Assembly: GCF_037042905.1 (NCBI RefSeq)
Contig: NC_087251.1
Span: 2,296,001 to 2,360,000 of the forward strand
Length of the DNA stretch: 64,000 bases
From: Lytechinus pictus
Taxonomy: Eukaryota
Direction: 5' to 3'
The position numbers and the translations under genes were made by a program. The notes below the pieces were generated by a model that saw only the letters and a list, made by a program, of their open reading frames with translations, made no database searches and had not been told where the DNA came from. Shown here piece after piece: positions 1 to 14,300 of the stretch (position 1 is its first letter; the number at the start of each line of letters is the position of its first letter).

Positions 1-346
1 CGCTGCTGCTGGTTTGCGAAGCAAACCAGCCTAAAAGGGGCGAGCGAAGCGATCTTCAGCCACATTAGACCTAGTCTGCTATGCAGACTCGTTGAATCAG
101 CTGTGGTACACACACTGCAGATGTGGGACTACATTTGTAGACTAGAAAAGCCCCCTGCAATAGAAACGTCAGTATAATTCACACTTCATCAATGCAGTAC
201 AATTGGAATGATTGATTTTTTTTCATCCTTGTTACTTTTCCGACGAGAAATTAAACAAAAAATGTGGTTCCTTTGACCTTTTCAGGAGTTGTTTGTCAGA
301 ATTTTGAAAGGAAAACGTGTCATTTTGCTCCCCACCCCTACTTGCG

Positions 347-503
347 CCGGTGTTAATTTAACACCAGCCTGGTATCTATATCGGTCTACACCAGAGAGGT
401 GTTGAAACAACACCGGTTAGTTTTAAACCAATATCGGTGTTGCTTTAACGCTTCTCTGGTGTGGACCGATATAGATACCACGCTGGTGTTAAATGAACAC
501 CGG
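347..503. repeat. Near-palindromic fold-back / MITE
   Basis: ccggtgtt..acaccagc.tggtatctatatcggtc.acaccagaga mirrored by tctctggtgt.gaccgatatagatacca.gctggtgt..aacaccgg. Confidence 0.8.
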
Positions 504-549
504 TGTTTTTGCTGCATGGAGCTAGGGTGGTGTGGTGAATGCTTTAATG

Positions 550-815
550 CGCCGTGGTCTGATGGTTAAAACGTTTTCAATCTAAAAGACGTCGATTTGA
601 TTCCCAGCCATGGCGTATTTTCTTTCAGCAAGAACTTTACCAACATTGTGCTGCACTCAACCCAGGTGATGTAAATGGGTATAGGCAGCTAAGGAAGTAT
701 TTTAAAAAAAGCTGTGAGCACCGGAAGCGGTAGACTTGCTTAGCCGGGGTAATTATAGGAGAGCCTTGAGCATCTAACAAGTTGGATACCCGAGCTATAC
801 AAATCCTATATTATT
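550..815 (+). mobile_element. Degenerate tRNA-derived SINE with L2-like tail
   Basis: A-box-like gtggtctgatggtta, B-box-like gatttgattccc, core gcactcaacccaggtg..taaatgggta, tail gagccttgagc..gagctatacaaat. Confidence 0.6.
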
Positions 816-2779
816 TATCATTTATCAGGTGTGTACTTTTTTTTCCATTTCACTCTGTACTATATAATATGTAATATATAAAAAATAAATGTGTAATCCA
901 GGGTTGTGTGAACTTTGAAACAAACTCATAACATTTGACCTAGGTTCATATGAAACTGGTAATGGTTTATTTTCAAATTTTTATGTACATGTATTCCATT
1001 CATTTGAAACCAAAAACAATCATTCGGTGAGCAAAATATTTGAAAAATACATTTATATTCTACACTCAAGTAGAAAATAAAGGTCCAATGTTTTCGATAC
1101 TTTAATGTATCAGTTTTATGTTTCATAATGTTGTTAATCTCCTGTCATAATGAAAAACGACACACAGACATACCGATATCAATTCTTCCTTTACATTCCA
1201 CCACTTTACATGTTAAGTAGTCTAAATCTGATCCCACGTCCTTTCAAAGTTTAATTCACATCTAGGACATCTCCCCTAATCACTCTTCTTCTGTGACATT
1301 AAATACCTCAAATCCTCTTAACACGACCTTGTCATTAATCAGTTTTGATTAAAAGGTCTCGCTGCATGAAACCCTATTTAATACAGATCTGATTACTCTT
1401 ATTCAAATTTGTAATGTTTCTTTCCTTGGTACCTTCCTGTAATAATTTACTTTGTTGGAAATGGGTTTGCATGTTACATACATCTATTACAAAGCTTCAT
1501 ATTGGTAAAAACAATTATCCTTTAGATTAACAACACCATTTGGTTTCATGAGGGAATGACGTGAAGGGGGAGGGGACAATATATTATGATATTGATAGAG
1601 AGAGAGAGAGAAAGTGTTATAGAGAGGATGAGTGAGAGAATGGAGAGGGGGCAGAGAGGAGAGAGGACGAAATATCGGGATGCTCCATGCATTGCTTTTT
1701 TTATCGGATATAACTGAATTTTCAGACAGTTGATGATTTGAATGTCATTTCTTTGCCACTCTCACGCAATTCATATCAAGTTAACTTTAATGGACTTCTA
1801 GACTAACGCCATTTTTTTGTATAAAATCATGCTGTACTCTTATGGGCCTATATACCCATAAGGCCGCTTTCATACTCAGGGGATTCGCGCGACCCCCCCC
1901 CCCCCCTCTTTTGGAAAAGTAACCACATAAACACATGTGCCGATAGTTTTTTGTACGTAATATTTTTTTCTTTCTTATGGGGGCATTTTCAGATTTTGCA
2001 GGAGCCTCGATCTATTCTACCTCCGCGGTTTACCGTTTACTGTCCATATAATATTTTTTTTACAAAGTGATCACCATCTCCCTATTATCATGGACCTATT
2101 ACTATAAAGAGGTACTTTACTCTCGTCTAAAGCAAACTGTGCACTATACAATACTCATCCACTTGTGTCTTGTTCTGCATTAACTATGAAAACTATATGA
2201 TGATTCATAGGGGGACCGAGGGGAGAGAGAAATAAACAGAGGAAGGGAAGAAGAGACTAGAAATATAGAGAGGAGAGAAGAATACTTGCCCAAAAGGAAA
2301 ACTTTAAAGAGTAATCTTATCCGCTTGGATGTGGCATTCAACAGAGATGCACTATAATGATTATTAAATCTTATAATCAGTATCAGCCTTTCCATTTTAA
2401 ACACATGGCTTAAATTGACAAAGTAGTATAAAATCATTCATGCATATATTTAAACCACGTTTGAGTCCCTGGGTTCTGAATGCAATTCTAAAGTTGTATA
2501 GACTTGTAATCCAGATTTTTTTAATTTTACGTCAAAACTTTGAGTCAAATCTTTGGGTGCACGAACCGTTGACAAATCGAAAGATCATTTTCACAGTGAT
2601 AATTTTTCTAGACCATGTTCTTTATTCCGGCTTTACAAGGAGAGGACATGATGTGATGGGCTAAAAACAAGAGAGGTGACAAGAAATGCAGAGAAAGAAA
2701 AGAATAAAGAGAGAAAGAATTTGTGATGTGGACCTTCGGTATGTTGCCGTCCCGAACTGAAATCGTTTTAGTGCACACT

Positions 2780-2890
2780 TTATTTATTTATTTATTTATC
2801 TATTTATTTATTTATTTATTTATTAATGTATTTATTCATGTATTTATTATTCATTCATTTGTTTATTTAATTTATTCATTACGTATTATT
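2780..2890. repeat. (TTTA)n microsatellite
   Basis: Direct reading. Confidence 0.9.
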
Positions 2891-4889
2891 TAAACAGGGT
2901 AACCCCATCAGTACTCAAATAATGTTGTACCTGGGGCCCTTTATAACATAAAACAAAACAAAATACAAGCATATATACGATACAAATGGAAAATACAAAT
3001 CCTAAACATAAACAGATGGAAATTTCAGGTATAAATCTAATAACGGAAAATTGAGTACGAAATTAATTATTTCGTTTAATTATCTATTCATCTATTCATT
3101 CATTTACTTTGCTTTATTTGTTTTTTTACTGAAAGGTTAGCTTGCACTTTGAAACGTGGTCAGACCCTTAGACGCAAAGTGAATTTATCCAAGGAAATAG
3201 ATTTTCCAGGGAATACAGATTCAAACTACAAGATTTTTAGGACTATTCGATTTCATAATTCCTGAGAACCCAGGTAAAATACACATGAACAGTGGGGTAA
3301 AAGGCGGGGGAAGGGGGGCAGGCTGACCCCCCCCCCCCTCTCGCTGGCGGATTTCACCGGGGGAAAAATGTGAAAAGGAGAAAAGGGAGAAAGAAAGGGA
3401 AGGGATATGGAAAGTGAAAAGAAAACTAAGAACAAGGAAAACGGAAGAAATGCAGGAAAAGGAAGGTAAGCGGAAAAAGAAATAAAAGAACAAATGAGAA
3501 AGAACAAATCATCTGAAAATACTAATACATTAGCATGATAAGTAAGAAAGGGAAATAAATCAAAAGATGAAAAACTGGCGAACAAAAGCGGGAAATGTAG
3601 GTAGAATCGAATGAGCCAAAAGCTAACTTGGAAAATGAAGAAAAGCGAAGAGAAAAAAAGAACTTACAACACGTCCTGGCTGACGAGGATTGAAATTAAA
3701 GAACGGGAAAAAAGATGGATGAGCTATGACATTGTGCATGAAGTATATATATAAGATTGCTAAATTTTATGCTGTAGGCCTAACGGTCGATCGCAATTAG
3801 GACAAAAAGGTCCTAGCCAAATGCTGGACATGTCCCCCTAAAATATGTTCCTATGCAAGTAAATCTTTACACTGGCAAGAGTTAATGTAAAAGGCCTTTT
3901 TACTTTGGCGAGCTACCGGGGGATCTATACCCTGAACATGCTGAACCCCATGCATGCAGTAGAGGCAAGTTCATCTGTAACTTAAAAAAAGGCTCTATAT
4001 CGGGCCTCTTGTGCCTTTCCTGCATTAAGATTTACGTAGAAGCATGGCGTACAGGGGTGGGGGGGGGGGCTTGGTTCCACAGCCAAGGTATTATGTCAAA
4101 ATCTATCACAAAATTTGATTTATGTACTAAAAATGTTGAAATTTTGCCTGATACGCCATATGTAGCCCCTCAAATTTTTTGTCATATTACGCCACTGCCT
4201 GGATATGACCGGGAAATCGTTTGCTCTTGCCCCCCCCCCCCGGCCACCGACCCCTATTACGCCCCATACATTGAACTCAGCCAAGCTAAACGGACAAGGG
4301 CAACCGCGAGGTGATTTTAGAAATACATGTAGAATAAAAGACCAAAAAAAAATGATTCGATTTCGAATCAAAACTCCCTTCAATATACTAAAAATCATAT
4401 GCCACCATATCAAATGCATTAGTTTTCTATTGTAAAAATGTTGCTTTTTAACATGAAGCTAATTTACCTAAGGAAGATGTGCTTTTTAAAGTCCCCATCC
4501 ACTGCAATGTTTTATTTCATACTAATTTCAGTTTGTTATTGTGTGATAAAGTTTATTCTTTTAAGGAAATTAATTGTTAAATTATCTGTCTCTTTAAAAT
4601 AGGCCAACATTATCATCACAATTCAACTCTCACTGTCTTGCCCTCACATATCGTCATCATATAAAACCGTGAAATAGCAAAAACAACAACAAAAACATCT
4701 GCAAAGAACACCCCCCCCTCTCTCTCTTTCTCTTCCTTGAATAAAATGTTATCGGTATTCTTAGTAGGCCTTCATTTTCATGACCAAAATACTAATTCAT
4801 GTAAAGTTGCAGTGGAGAAAAGGATTTCAACAATAATCTACGGTGTGATGATACCATACTCTATGGATGATACCGGCGCATCTCTGTAA

Positions 4890-4905
4890 AGGTCAAGTAA
4901 GGTCA
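4890..4905 (+). promoter_or_regulatory. Perfect DR4 nuclear-receptor element upstream of the unc-79 ATG
   Basis: AGGTCA-agta-AGGTCA about 410 bp 5' of the start codon, outside recognisable repeats. Confidence 0.35.
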
Positions 4906-5313
4906 ATATGGATGCAGCCATTTCTGGTGCACGGAGACCGGAGTAGTGGAGGAGAGAAAGATGGTATAATCTGGAATTCAAGTTGCTTCATTTGATCTCA
5001 TCTATTGGACATTCTCAAGGGAAAGCTGTTCTGAGATCCATATTTTGGGTATTTGTTCCAATGTGGATATTTTGTAGGATTTGAAAATTTAATTCGCAAT
5101 AATAATTACGTCGATGTCGCATTGTTGATGTTCAACGCCTGCTTGAGGATTGCGCTGATGCACGCATACAACACACACAGTTTACTACAGTACAGTGTAG
5201 TTGATATATGGAGGCGCCTATGACTGTATGCGGTGATGCGATAACAGTCGATAGTGATTGAGCTCATGCAGAGAATTTAAATACAGCCGAATGGTATTTT
5301 TCTACAAGGCAAA

Positions 5314-5335
5314 ATGTCAACAAAAGTAGAGCAGT
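5314..5335 (+). CDS. unc79: unc-79 coding exon 1
   Basis: aaaATG, MSTKVEQ, donor gtaagt. Confidence 0.9.
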
Positions 5336-8300
5336 GTAAGTTCATGATTTCTTCTTCTGCGGGTGTCTATTTTACTTCCCATTACATCTTATTTTTAGTT
5401 ACAAATTTATTCCTCTTCAAAATTAAACCAATATTTTGTGCATGGCCATGAGCCATGATAAAAAGCGACTGATTTTGTTTTTGTTAGAAGCATTTTATAA
5501 CCAAGATTTGCTTTTGTTTTAGGGTCTAGGGATAGGTTATTATCAATGTAGTTTTACATCTCACTGCTGATGTAATGATCGACAAATATGTTCTTCTTTA
5601 TTATTATTTATTATTATTATTAGTATCATTACTATCATAATCATCATTTTTATTATTATCATTATTATTATTGTTATTATTATAGATCCGGGTCTGTTTC
5701 TGTAGAAATAGATTATTTATAGTGAGTGATTGTCGAACGCGCGCCTTATTTTATGAGAATATTGTGTTTAATATGATTGAATTCATGAAAAGTTTTGAAT
5801 ACAATCCACTACCATACTACCGGTACTATGATTAACATTATTGTTATCTTTATCTAGATCTATATATTTATCATTATTCCTGTTATTCTTTCTTTCTTCT
5901 CTCTTTCCCTTTCCAGTTGCTGCAAAGATCCGCAATGTAAAGGATTATCAGAACCGAATCCTCTATAATATAGCACCCCTTCCTACTGGCATAGATATAT
6001 CAAACACTCTCAAGTATTTTATTCATACACTGAGAAAGTAAGTAACAAGTACATAATTCTTGGATTAATTTTGATAAATGTTGTTTTGGACAAAACCTCG
6101 GCGGTCATCTGAACCGTCATATCACACATATAACAGTGCAACCCATTTGAGAGAAAATCAACTTCAAATTTTACAATAATTTCCACACTTTTTACTTCAG
6201 CCTTACAACATACCGGTATTCATTGATCACTATAAAATGGTTGGAAAGACCAAGACAATTGCTTGACATTTATTTTTACACCAAAACATGAATCAGAGAA
6301 AATATCACAAAAGACCTACATAAATTAAATTTTTATTTTTTATTGTAAATTTTGGTTTGAGCGGTTTAGATTTTCCCTGTACCAAAGCACCATAGGGGAT
6401 ACAACAACCCTTTCAATAAAGTCAATGCAGTGCAGATACGACAGTATGGCTGACCGACTGACTGCATTTGCATATTAAGTGCGCGCAGCTGTTTTTTTTT
6501 TGCTTTATACAATAAGACACATTTCAATTGGGATTTACGCATTTTATCAACAATTTCTATGGCATCGTCGTGAAAATCCCCACATATCTCAGAAAATAAA
6601 AATGAATTGCTGCCTAGAATTTAATTGTAAGAATGTGTACTTTCATTTTCTGAAAAAATCTCAAAATCAATATTTTTAAACCAAATTTGACTGATACGAC
6701 GGTTCAGATGAATGCGTACTGAATTCATTTAAGGCTGTCAATAACTAGTGCATTCATAAAACATTAATATGCCTTTGGGGTAGCATGGGATCCCATTAAA
6801 TATTGGTATGTTGCTTGCGACATGAAATTTCAATGTTATTGGCAAGTGGATAAATTTTTATTGAAATCTATATTTAGATTCAAATTTAGATTTTAATCTA
6901 GAATTACTGGCAAATAGAGAAATTTCGATATTAATCTAATTAAAGATGTTAACATGAAATCCTGTTAGTGCTGGTGTCAGCCCTCCTTTCCCAAAAAATT
7001 TTGTGCAAAGTTAGCACATGAGTGAGAAGAGAGGTGGCAAATTTCATGAAGAGGCCAAATCAATTATACCCCTTTCATAAACCCAATAAAACATATCCTC
7101 CAATTAGCCGCCTAAGAGTAATGCGGATAATTCAATAAAAATTGCGTTCACAAACTCCATAAATTATTTTTACGAGCGCCCGTCCTGAAAAAGGCGGATA
7201 ATCGTCATGACAACTGGACACGCCCCCTCCAATGCGGTTGTGTTGGAAAAGGGTGACCTTGTGACCGCACCATGGCAATTATCCGCATTATTTGGAAATA
7301 CGTTCATAAACTCAAAATCTTGTCCCGATGCCGCTATTATGCGGATAATAGCAGCATCAGAATAATGCGGATAACTCTTGTCCTCCTCTGATTTTACGAC
7401 CAAATTATGCTGCTATTAGCCGCATAATTGTGTTTTATTGGGTTTATGAAAGGGGTATTAGATTAAGTAAGAATCAAGAATATGGTCATTTTCCTGCAAC
7501 ATTGTTTATGTTTCTCAAATTAGAGCCATTTAATATCATCATCAGCTAAATAAATTTGTATACTGGTGAAGTAAGATAGAATTCATTTCAGTTGCCAAAA
7601 GCTTAATGTGGATTTGAAAAGCATGGGGGATATATTAGAAATTCAACAGATTCAAAGATGTAGCAAATGTGTGTTGTTGTTTTCATTCTCTGCAACCCTC
7701 CACAGAAATGCAATATGGATGCATCACCTCTAGCATTTGAGAAATTTAGACATGAAATTATGTATTCTTAAAAGTGAACATATGAGGACTTTGGTGCAAT
7801 AATACTCAAATGTGCACATCATACTTTATATATATCATTTTGAAACACCCACTGGTATATATTTTGTGAATAAGTTGCCAAATGAGGATTTGTTCTTGGC
7901 TTGACCAAATGTTACTTTCTTATATTGCCAAAGTATACTCAAAGAAGGCCCAGGAGATGTGGACATTCTTGTAGATGAACCCAAATTTGGAACAGCAAGA
8001 AAGCGGGTGAATCTTCGCATCCCTCACTACCCAAGCCTAGATTATCTTGGTTTGTATGAGACTCTGGTTGGCCTGGTTGATATCGTACCATTGGTGCAGT
8101 ATGGACAATTTGGTAAGAAATGAAGAGATCACTCAACTTGTTGATACAGTGTATGGGGTTCAACCATCAGTAGTGTTTACTAGGACTGTACATTGTGATA
8201 AATACTGAAATATTGTGACATTGAAAATTCAGTGAATATATTATATTAGTACATCACCTCTCATGATGAAAGTAAACAATGATGGATTTAATGTGTTCCA

Positions 8301-11300
8301 AACTAGAAATCTGCATTGAAATGCTGTAAAATCGTCACCCCAATTCAACTTACAAAATTCCCAGGGCAAGGATCAGAAGAACGACACCTTGGTTCCCATC
8401 TTATTTTGTTTTATTAGCCTTAGCTGAAAAAAGAGGGTTGTGAACATCTATTCACGTTGTTTGACAATTATTGTGCAGCCCTAGTCTATTTACCTCATAC
8501 CCTCTGAAGATGGTGGAGTTGAGGTAAATAAGAGGGATGAGACTGTTGGATAGCAATACACTATTTACAAAAGACAGTGACACCAAACCAACATAATATA
8601 GTTTCCATCTCACTTCTCATGTAGACTCATGCATGTGCATCTACAGAAGGTTATTGTCATTGGTTATGAATGTACATGTGATTTTTCTCTTCAGACTTTC
8701 CATTATCAAATGTTATTTTAAAAGAAATTTTCTCTAGAATTTACCCTAGAATTCACATGAGTGTAAATTATGATGATATGAAATTATGAACACACACTAA
8801 TCTATTAAAGAGTATAAATGAATATCGTTGATGACCATATCATGTACTTAATTTTCATTTTGATGTTTCAGCTTTTGGTCAAGCAATCTTACAATTATTT
8901 GGATGTATTCTATGGTTCTTGGAACCTGAAACTATTGACACCATCCCTCATACAGTGGCATCTACATTGGCAGTATTTCAATCATCACTGCAGAAAGAGA
9001 CAGTAGACCTTCTATGTACTACACTACTTCCAATATGTCTCAGTGAGTATCAAAAGAACCATCTTTAATTTGGTTAGTGCAACTCTACTTGTAGTACTTG
9101 AAGTCTTTAGCATTGTTTTGATATGATGCAACAAAGCTGAGCAATATTATTCATTATTACCTATACAAGGCATTTTAGCAGATAAATAAAAGTCATATTT
9201 CGCGAGACCAACGAGGGGAACATTTGCCATGTTGCCCTCCCTGGGCTTTGCCCATAGGAATCCTGTACAAAATAGAGGGCAATATTGGCCATATTTCTGC
9301 TAATGCGCTTGCACAGTAGGAGCCGATTTTGATCGCTAATTTCAGTATTTCAGAAATCTGGCTGGAACCAGTTTATGAAACAAAGTACAACGCATTGTAG
9401 ACAATGCGCGGCGCGGCCAGTGCATACACAAACGTAACCTAAGCGCAAGATTTCTACGCGTTGAGCGTATGTGCGCGCCGTACATGATGCGCGACTGCAA
9501 GGTAACAATTACGTCACAATGCTTATTAAAGATTACTTTGCTATTAAAGGTTGTGAATAACCTGAAATCAGAAGTAGTGATAAGCAAACAGGCATATAAA
9601 TTGTTCCGAATAGTAGCTTGAATTACATATTGTACAGCTTCAGGTAATAATAATAATATTGACTGGCTCTTTCTGGAAACATCAAATATGTCGCCCTAAA
9701 AAGAACCATATTGCCCTCGTCTAAAGACTCGGGCCAATATGATCCTGTTGCAGGCGACATATTTGATGTTTCCCTCAAGGCCCATCAATATTATATAAAT
9801 GTTCCTCAAATATGGTGAGACAAATCACATCACTTCTACTATTAGATACATTTATTTATTGTGGTAGAAAATGAGTCAAGAAGTAAAACAAGCTTTACAT
9901 CCTGTAAGGTTGATGGTTCTAATTTCATGCAATAACAATTCACTTGCCCACAGTTGCTTATACCTGTGTTGGTTTTTTGTCTTGCCTGCGTAGCGGAGCG
10001 AGACATAGGTATCACTATTTCCGGCGTCGTCGTCAACAATTGTGTTGTACACCCAATAACTTTCTATAGCTTCGAGGTGGGATCACCAAATTCATACCAG
10101 AGGTCCATCTCCTGATGGCACAGGTCAAGTTCGAATATGAGTCAAATTGGAATGAGGTCAAAGGTCAATGAACTTTCCATGACTGGCACTGTGCTGTGTT
10201 GTACACATAATAACTTTGTACACCCAATAACTTTCTATAGCTTCAAGGTGGGATCACCGAATTCATAACAGAGGTCCATCTCCTGAAGGCACAGGTCAAG
10301 TTTGAATATGAGTCAAATTGGAATAAGGTCAAAGGTCAATGAACTTTCCATGACTGGCACTGTGCTGTGTTGTACACATAATAACTTTCTATATCTTCGA
10401 GGTGGGATCACCAAATTCATACCAGAGGTCCATCTCCTGAAGGCACAGGTCAAGTTCGAATATGAGTCGAATTTGAATAAGGTCAAAGGTCAATGAACTT
10501 TCCATGACTGGCACTGTGCTGTGTTGTACACAAAATAACTTTCTATATCTTCGAGGTGGGATCACCAAATTCATACCAGAGGTCCATCTCCTGAAGGCAC
10601 AGGTCAAGTTCGAATATGAGTCGAATTTGAATAAGGTCAAAGGTCAATGAACTTTCCATGACTGGCACTGTGCTGTGTTGTACACACAAGAACTTTCTAT
10701 ATCTTCGAGGTGGGATCACCAAATTCATACCAGAGGTCCATCTCCTGAAGGCACAAGTTCGAATATGAGTCGAATTTTACTTTCTATAGCTTCAAAGGTC
10801 AAAGGTCAATGAACTTTCCATGACTGGCACTGCTGTGTTGTACACACAATAACTTTCTATAGCTTTGAGGTGGGATCGCCAAACTCGTAACAGAGGTCCA
10901 TCTAAGTCATATAGCATACATGTAGTTTTGACATGCAGTCTCTTCATGACTGCAATATGCGGGCGAGACAACGCTTGGCGTTTGCCTTGTTTACAGCTTA
11001 GTCAGATTTCAGTCTAGATTTCATTTTTTACAGCATTTTTTTAACCATTCCAGAAGTTTCTACATAAACGTCACAGGTCATTATTTGAAATTATATGACA
11101 CAAAGATAGATCCTTGTCATTCGATTGGCTGTTTGATATCGACCAGGCCATTTTACAATGGCGTCATCATCCGTGCAATTTTAGATCCATGTGATTTTGT
11201 CCGTTGCATGTGCGCAGAGACCACCGGCGCTACTCGTGTATTTGCAGTGCGCGTGTTGAATGTATGCGTCAGTCAACAGACCGCATTCAGACTGAATGCA

Positions 11301-14300
11301 CTTCTATTCATATTTGTAAATGTCTTGGCAAGGATCTATTTTTAGGTGTCATATTAAACAAATAATGAATGTAGATAAAGAGGCTTTAATAGGAGGTAAT
11401 AATAATTTGCGAACAAATTTTCGGCAAAACTCCTAGATGTGTATAAGATCACATGCTCGATCTGTAATGAAAATCATAAGTCAGAAAAAATTGGAACAAG
11501 GGTATTTATATTCCAGTTCATCGTGACTTAGCCGTGAACCAGAATAGCCTGGTGGTTGAGTCGCTACCAGGCAAGCAGTGGATGACACGTTCGAATCCCA
11601 CTGGTTCCAATTTTTTCTGACTTATGATTTTCATTACAGATCGAGCATGCGATCTTAAACACATAGGAGTAATGCCGAAAATTTGTTCACAAATAATCAA
11701 CGTTCTTTTCATTTGTGCAATGGATCATTCATTTCATATTTCATTTCATCTTTCACCTTATGAAGTATTCTGTCCAATGTACTGATAAACATTTATTATT
11801 TGTATACCATGCATTCTATAAAAATATTTGCTCACTGCCATTACTGGAGTTAAACTTTAATCACTCTCAACACGAAGAGCCAAGTGGCTTCCTGTGTAAA
11901 AGTCATGGATTCACTTAGGTTCTTGTCATTATGCTCTATTTTGAGATTTTACAAAGGTTTCAACTTGATAATTTTTTTGTTTTATTGATTGATAGTTTTT
12001 TTGTTTTATTTAAATAGCTGAAGTGATGGGTTGGGAAGGAGAGACCTATGCCACAATGTCTATGTCTGCTGTCATCATGCTTGTCCTACAACATTGTAAA
12101 AACAAAGGTAAGAAAATAACAAACATTTTTTAAACAGACTATTTTCATGCAAGTGTAAAATCTAAGATGCATCTCATCCATATAAGTGGTTGTAGAGTGC
12201 TGATCTGAAAACCAAGTCAATGCACTATTGTAATTTGTTATGTCATCCTCATTGAGAGTATAATATAGTCCTTCATAGGTGATATGAAATTATCAATTCT
12301 CTACTTTCTGTATTTGATTATTTACTTGTGGCCAACCATTTTAAGTCTTTAATATTAAAGCAAATAGCAAAGTAATGTTGTTACTGTACATCGTTTAAAG
12401 TCTTTAATAAAAAAGGGTAGTTTGATGGATATGTGTTTATATAATAAACAAATAATATGGAAACAAATTTAATAATGTGCTATTAGTCTCTCAGTTGTCA
12501 TCTTGGTTATTTCATTGTAGCACGCACCATGCCAACATGTTTTAATCTGGGTCCAGTAACAAAACTTAGAAGATGATTGAAGGGTTGATTTGTATACTTG
12601 ATTGCACACAATGATTAATGTAATCAAGCATTAAAATCAACCCATTAATCATGCGCTTAGCTTCGTATTACGGGGCCTGTTATGTTTCTTTTCCAATTTA
12701 GCTCACCATGCGTTACTGGTTGAATGCATTATGACATACAAGCCTGAAGTGTTTAAGGTTAGTAAAATTTATTAAATATTTGATAGACAGCCATTTTCAA
12801 ATACATGTAATATTATTGGTTCTATAATTCAATGGGGGTCAAACATTTGTCATCATTATGATTTTTCTCACGATTTATCCGTTTTCCTCATCAGCTATTT
12901 TCTTTAGTTCCTGGTGATTCTAATTCCTATTCTGTATTAGTCTGAACAGGCTTGTTGTTGCTAATGACTGAGCTTAATCTTGCATTGTGGCCAAAAAATA
13001 TATTTCCCTTATTTGAGAGAGTTGTGAGAAAGAGAAATGTTTTCAAAATAGCAGGCATTCAGCAAAATTGATAAATAAAGAGTTGCCAAAGCTAAGTATT
13101 GTTTCGAAAATAGACTGGAATTCAAAAGTATAAAAGGGATTTTAAATGTGTGAATTTGGGGCAAAAAGGGGAAAAGAAAACAGATAGAGTAAAGGGGGTA
13201 GATCAAGAGGAAAGATAAAATCAACTAGTAAGCCTTCTGCAAACCATGGCATCAGCATTGGATTTTAATCAGACACAGAAATTATTTTATTTCTGAAGTC
13301 CAAAGGTTTTAGATAAAGATATGAGCTATTTGATGTAATAATTTGAATTTAATGTTTAGACTTAGAACTTAATGTTGTTATAGATTACATCACATCTTGT
13401 ATACCAAAATATATGTGCTTTTGAACTGCAGGGGAGGGGTTGATATACCAGTAGTTGATTTTAAAAAAAATAGTTCACACAAAAATATTGGAGATACAGA
13501 ATACTAATTTGCTCTTCCAAAGTTTTTAAGTTCTGTAAATGATATATATATTCTATTGTCTTTTCGTAGGACATTTTATGTACTATTGCCTTTGGACCGT
13601 CAACAGCTAGAGGTGCAGCTGCTAATCTCCTCTTCCATTACTGGCCAGCATTGGTCCCTTCTAGTATGGATAACAGGGAGTTTACCTATGCATGTGAGTT
13701 GATTCATATTCAGTGAATTTGAATTTCCTTGCATATAGAGGGGTTGAAAAATAATTATAGCTGAGTTGAAACAGGCAGCCTAACAGTGACTGACCGATGC
13801 TGCTGTCATTGGTGTATTTCTTCCAGACAGATGGACTGCTAAAATAAGGAAATACATAAGAAATTCAGTGTCACAAAAGACTGAGAATATCAACCACTAT
13901 AAGACCTGTTTTTTTTTCCTAATTGAGATCTCTATATCAAGTCTTTAATACTACAATACCAAACTTTAATCAGCAAATTAGTACAGTAGAGTACAAGGCA
14001 AGATTTATCAATGAAACAAAATGAAGGATGAATCTTCTTAAAATATATAGACCTTACAGTGGTGTTCTTATAGTGATAAATTCTTGATGTCCCAATCAGA
14101 TTCAATGAAGATATTTCATAATTGTGTTGAATAACTTTTTAACCTTATAATATTGTAGTGTGAGCTTCATGTGATGGTAACATCTAGCATAATTATAATG
14201 TAACTCTGATTGATATCATTGTATGTTTAGGTTGGAAGCCAATCCTGTGTCAAAGATCTAACTGTTTGACACCAGTCAATAATGCTGCTGTAAAGGTATA

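Noticed and set aside
8..30. Perfect hairpin gctggtttgc-gaa-gcaaaccagc as a terminator
   Set aside because: Eukaryotic context, no U-tract, at the window edge; probably a repeat end
3290..4197. hAT-like MITE with cagtgg(g/c)gtaa ends
   Set aside because: The ends match 10/11 but there is no TSD and the interior looks like a mosaic of decayed repeats, so boundaries are unsupported
10302..10728. Short ORFs within HINE tandem repeats and other 60-140 aa intronic or antisense ORFs
   Set aside because: No recognisable motifs; explained by repeats or by antisense shadows of exons
11536..11609. Functional tRNA gene
   Set aside because: Anticodon, D and T stems do not pair properly and it is embedded in a repeat
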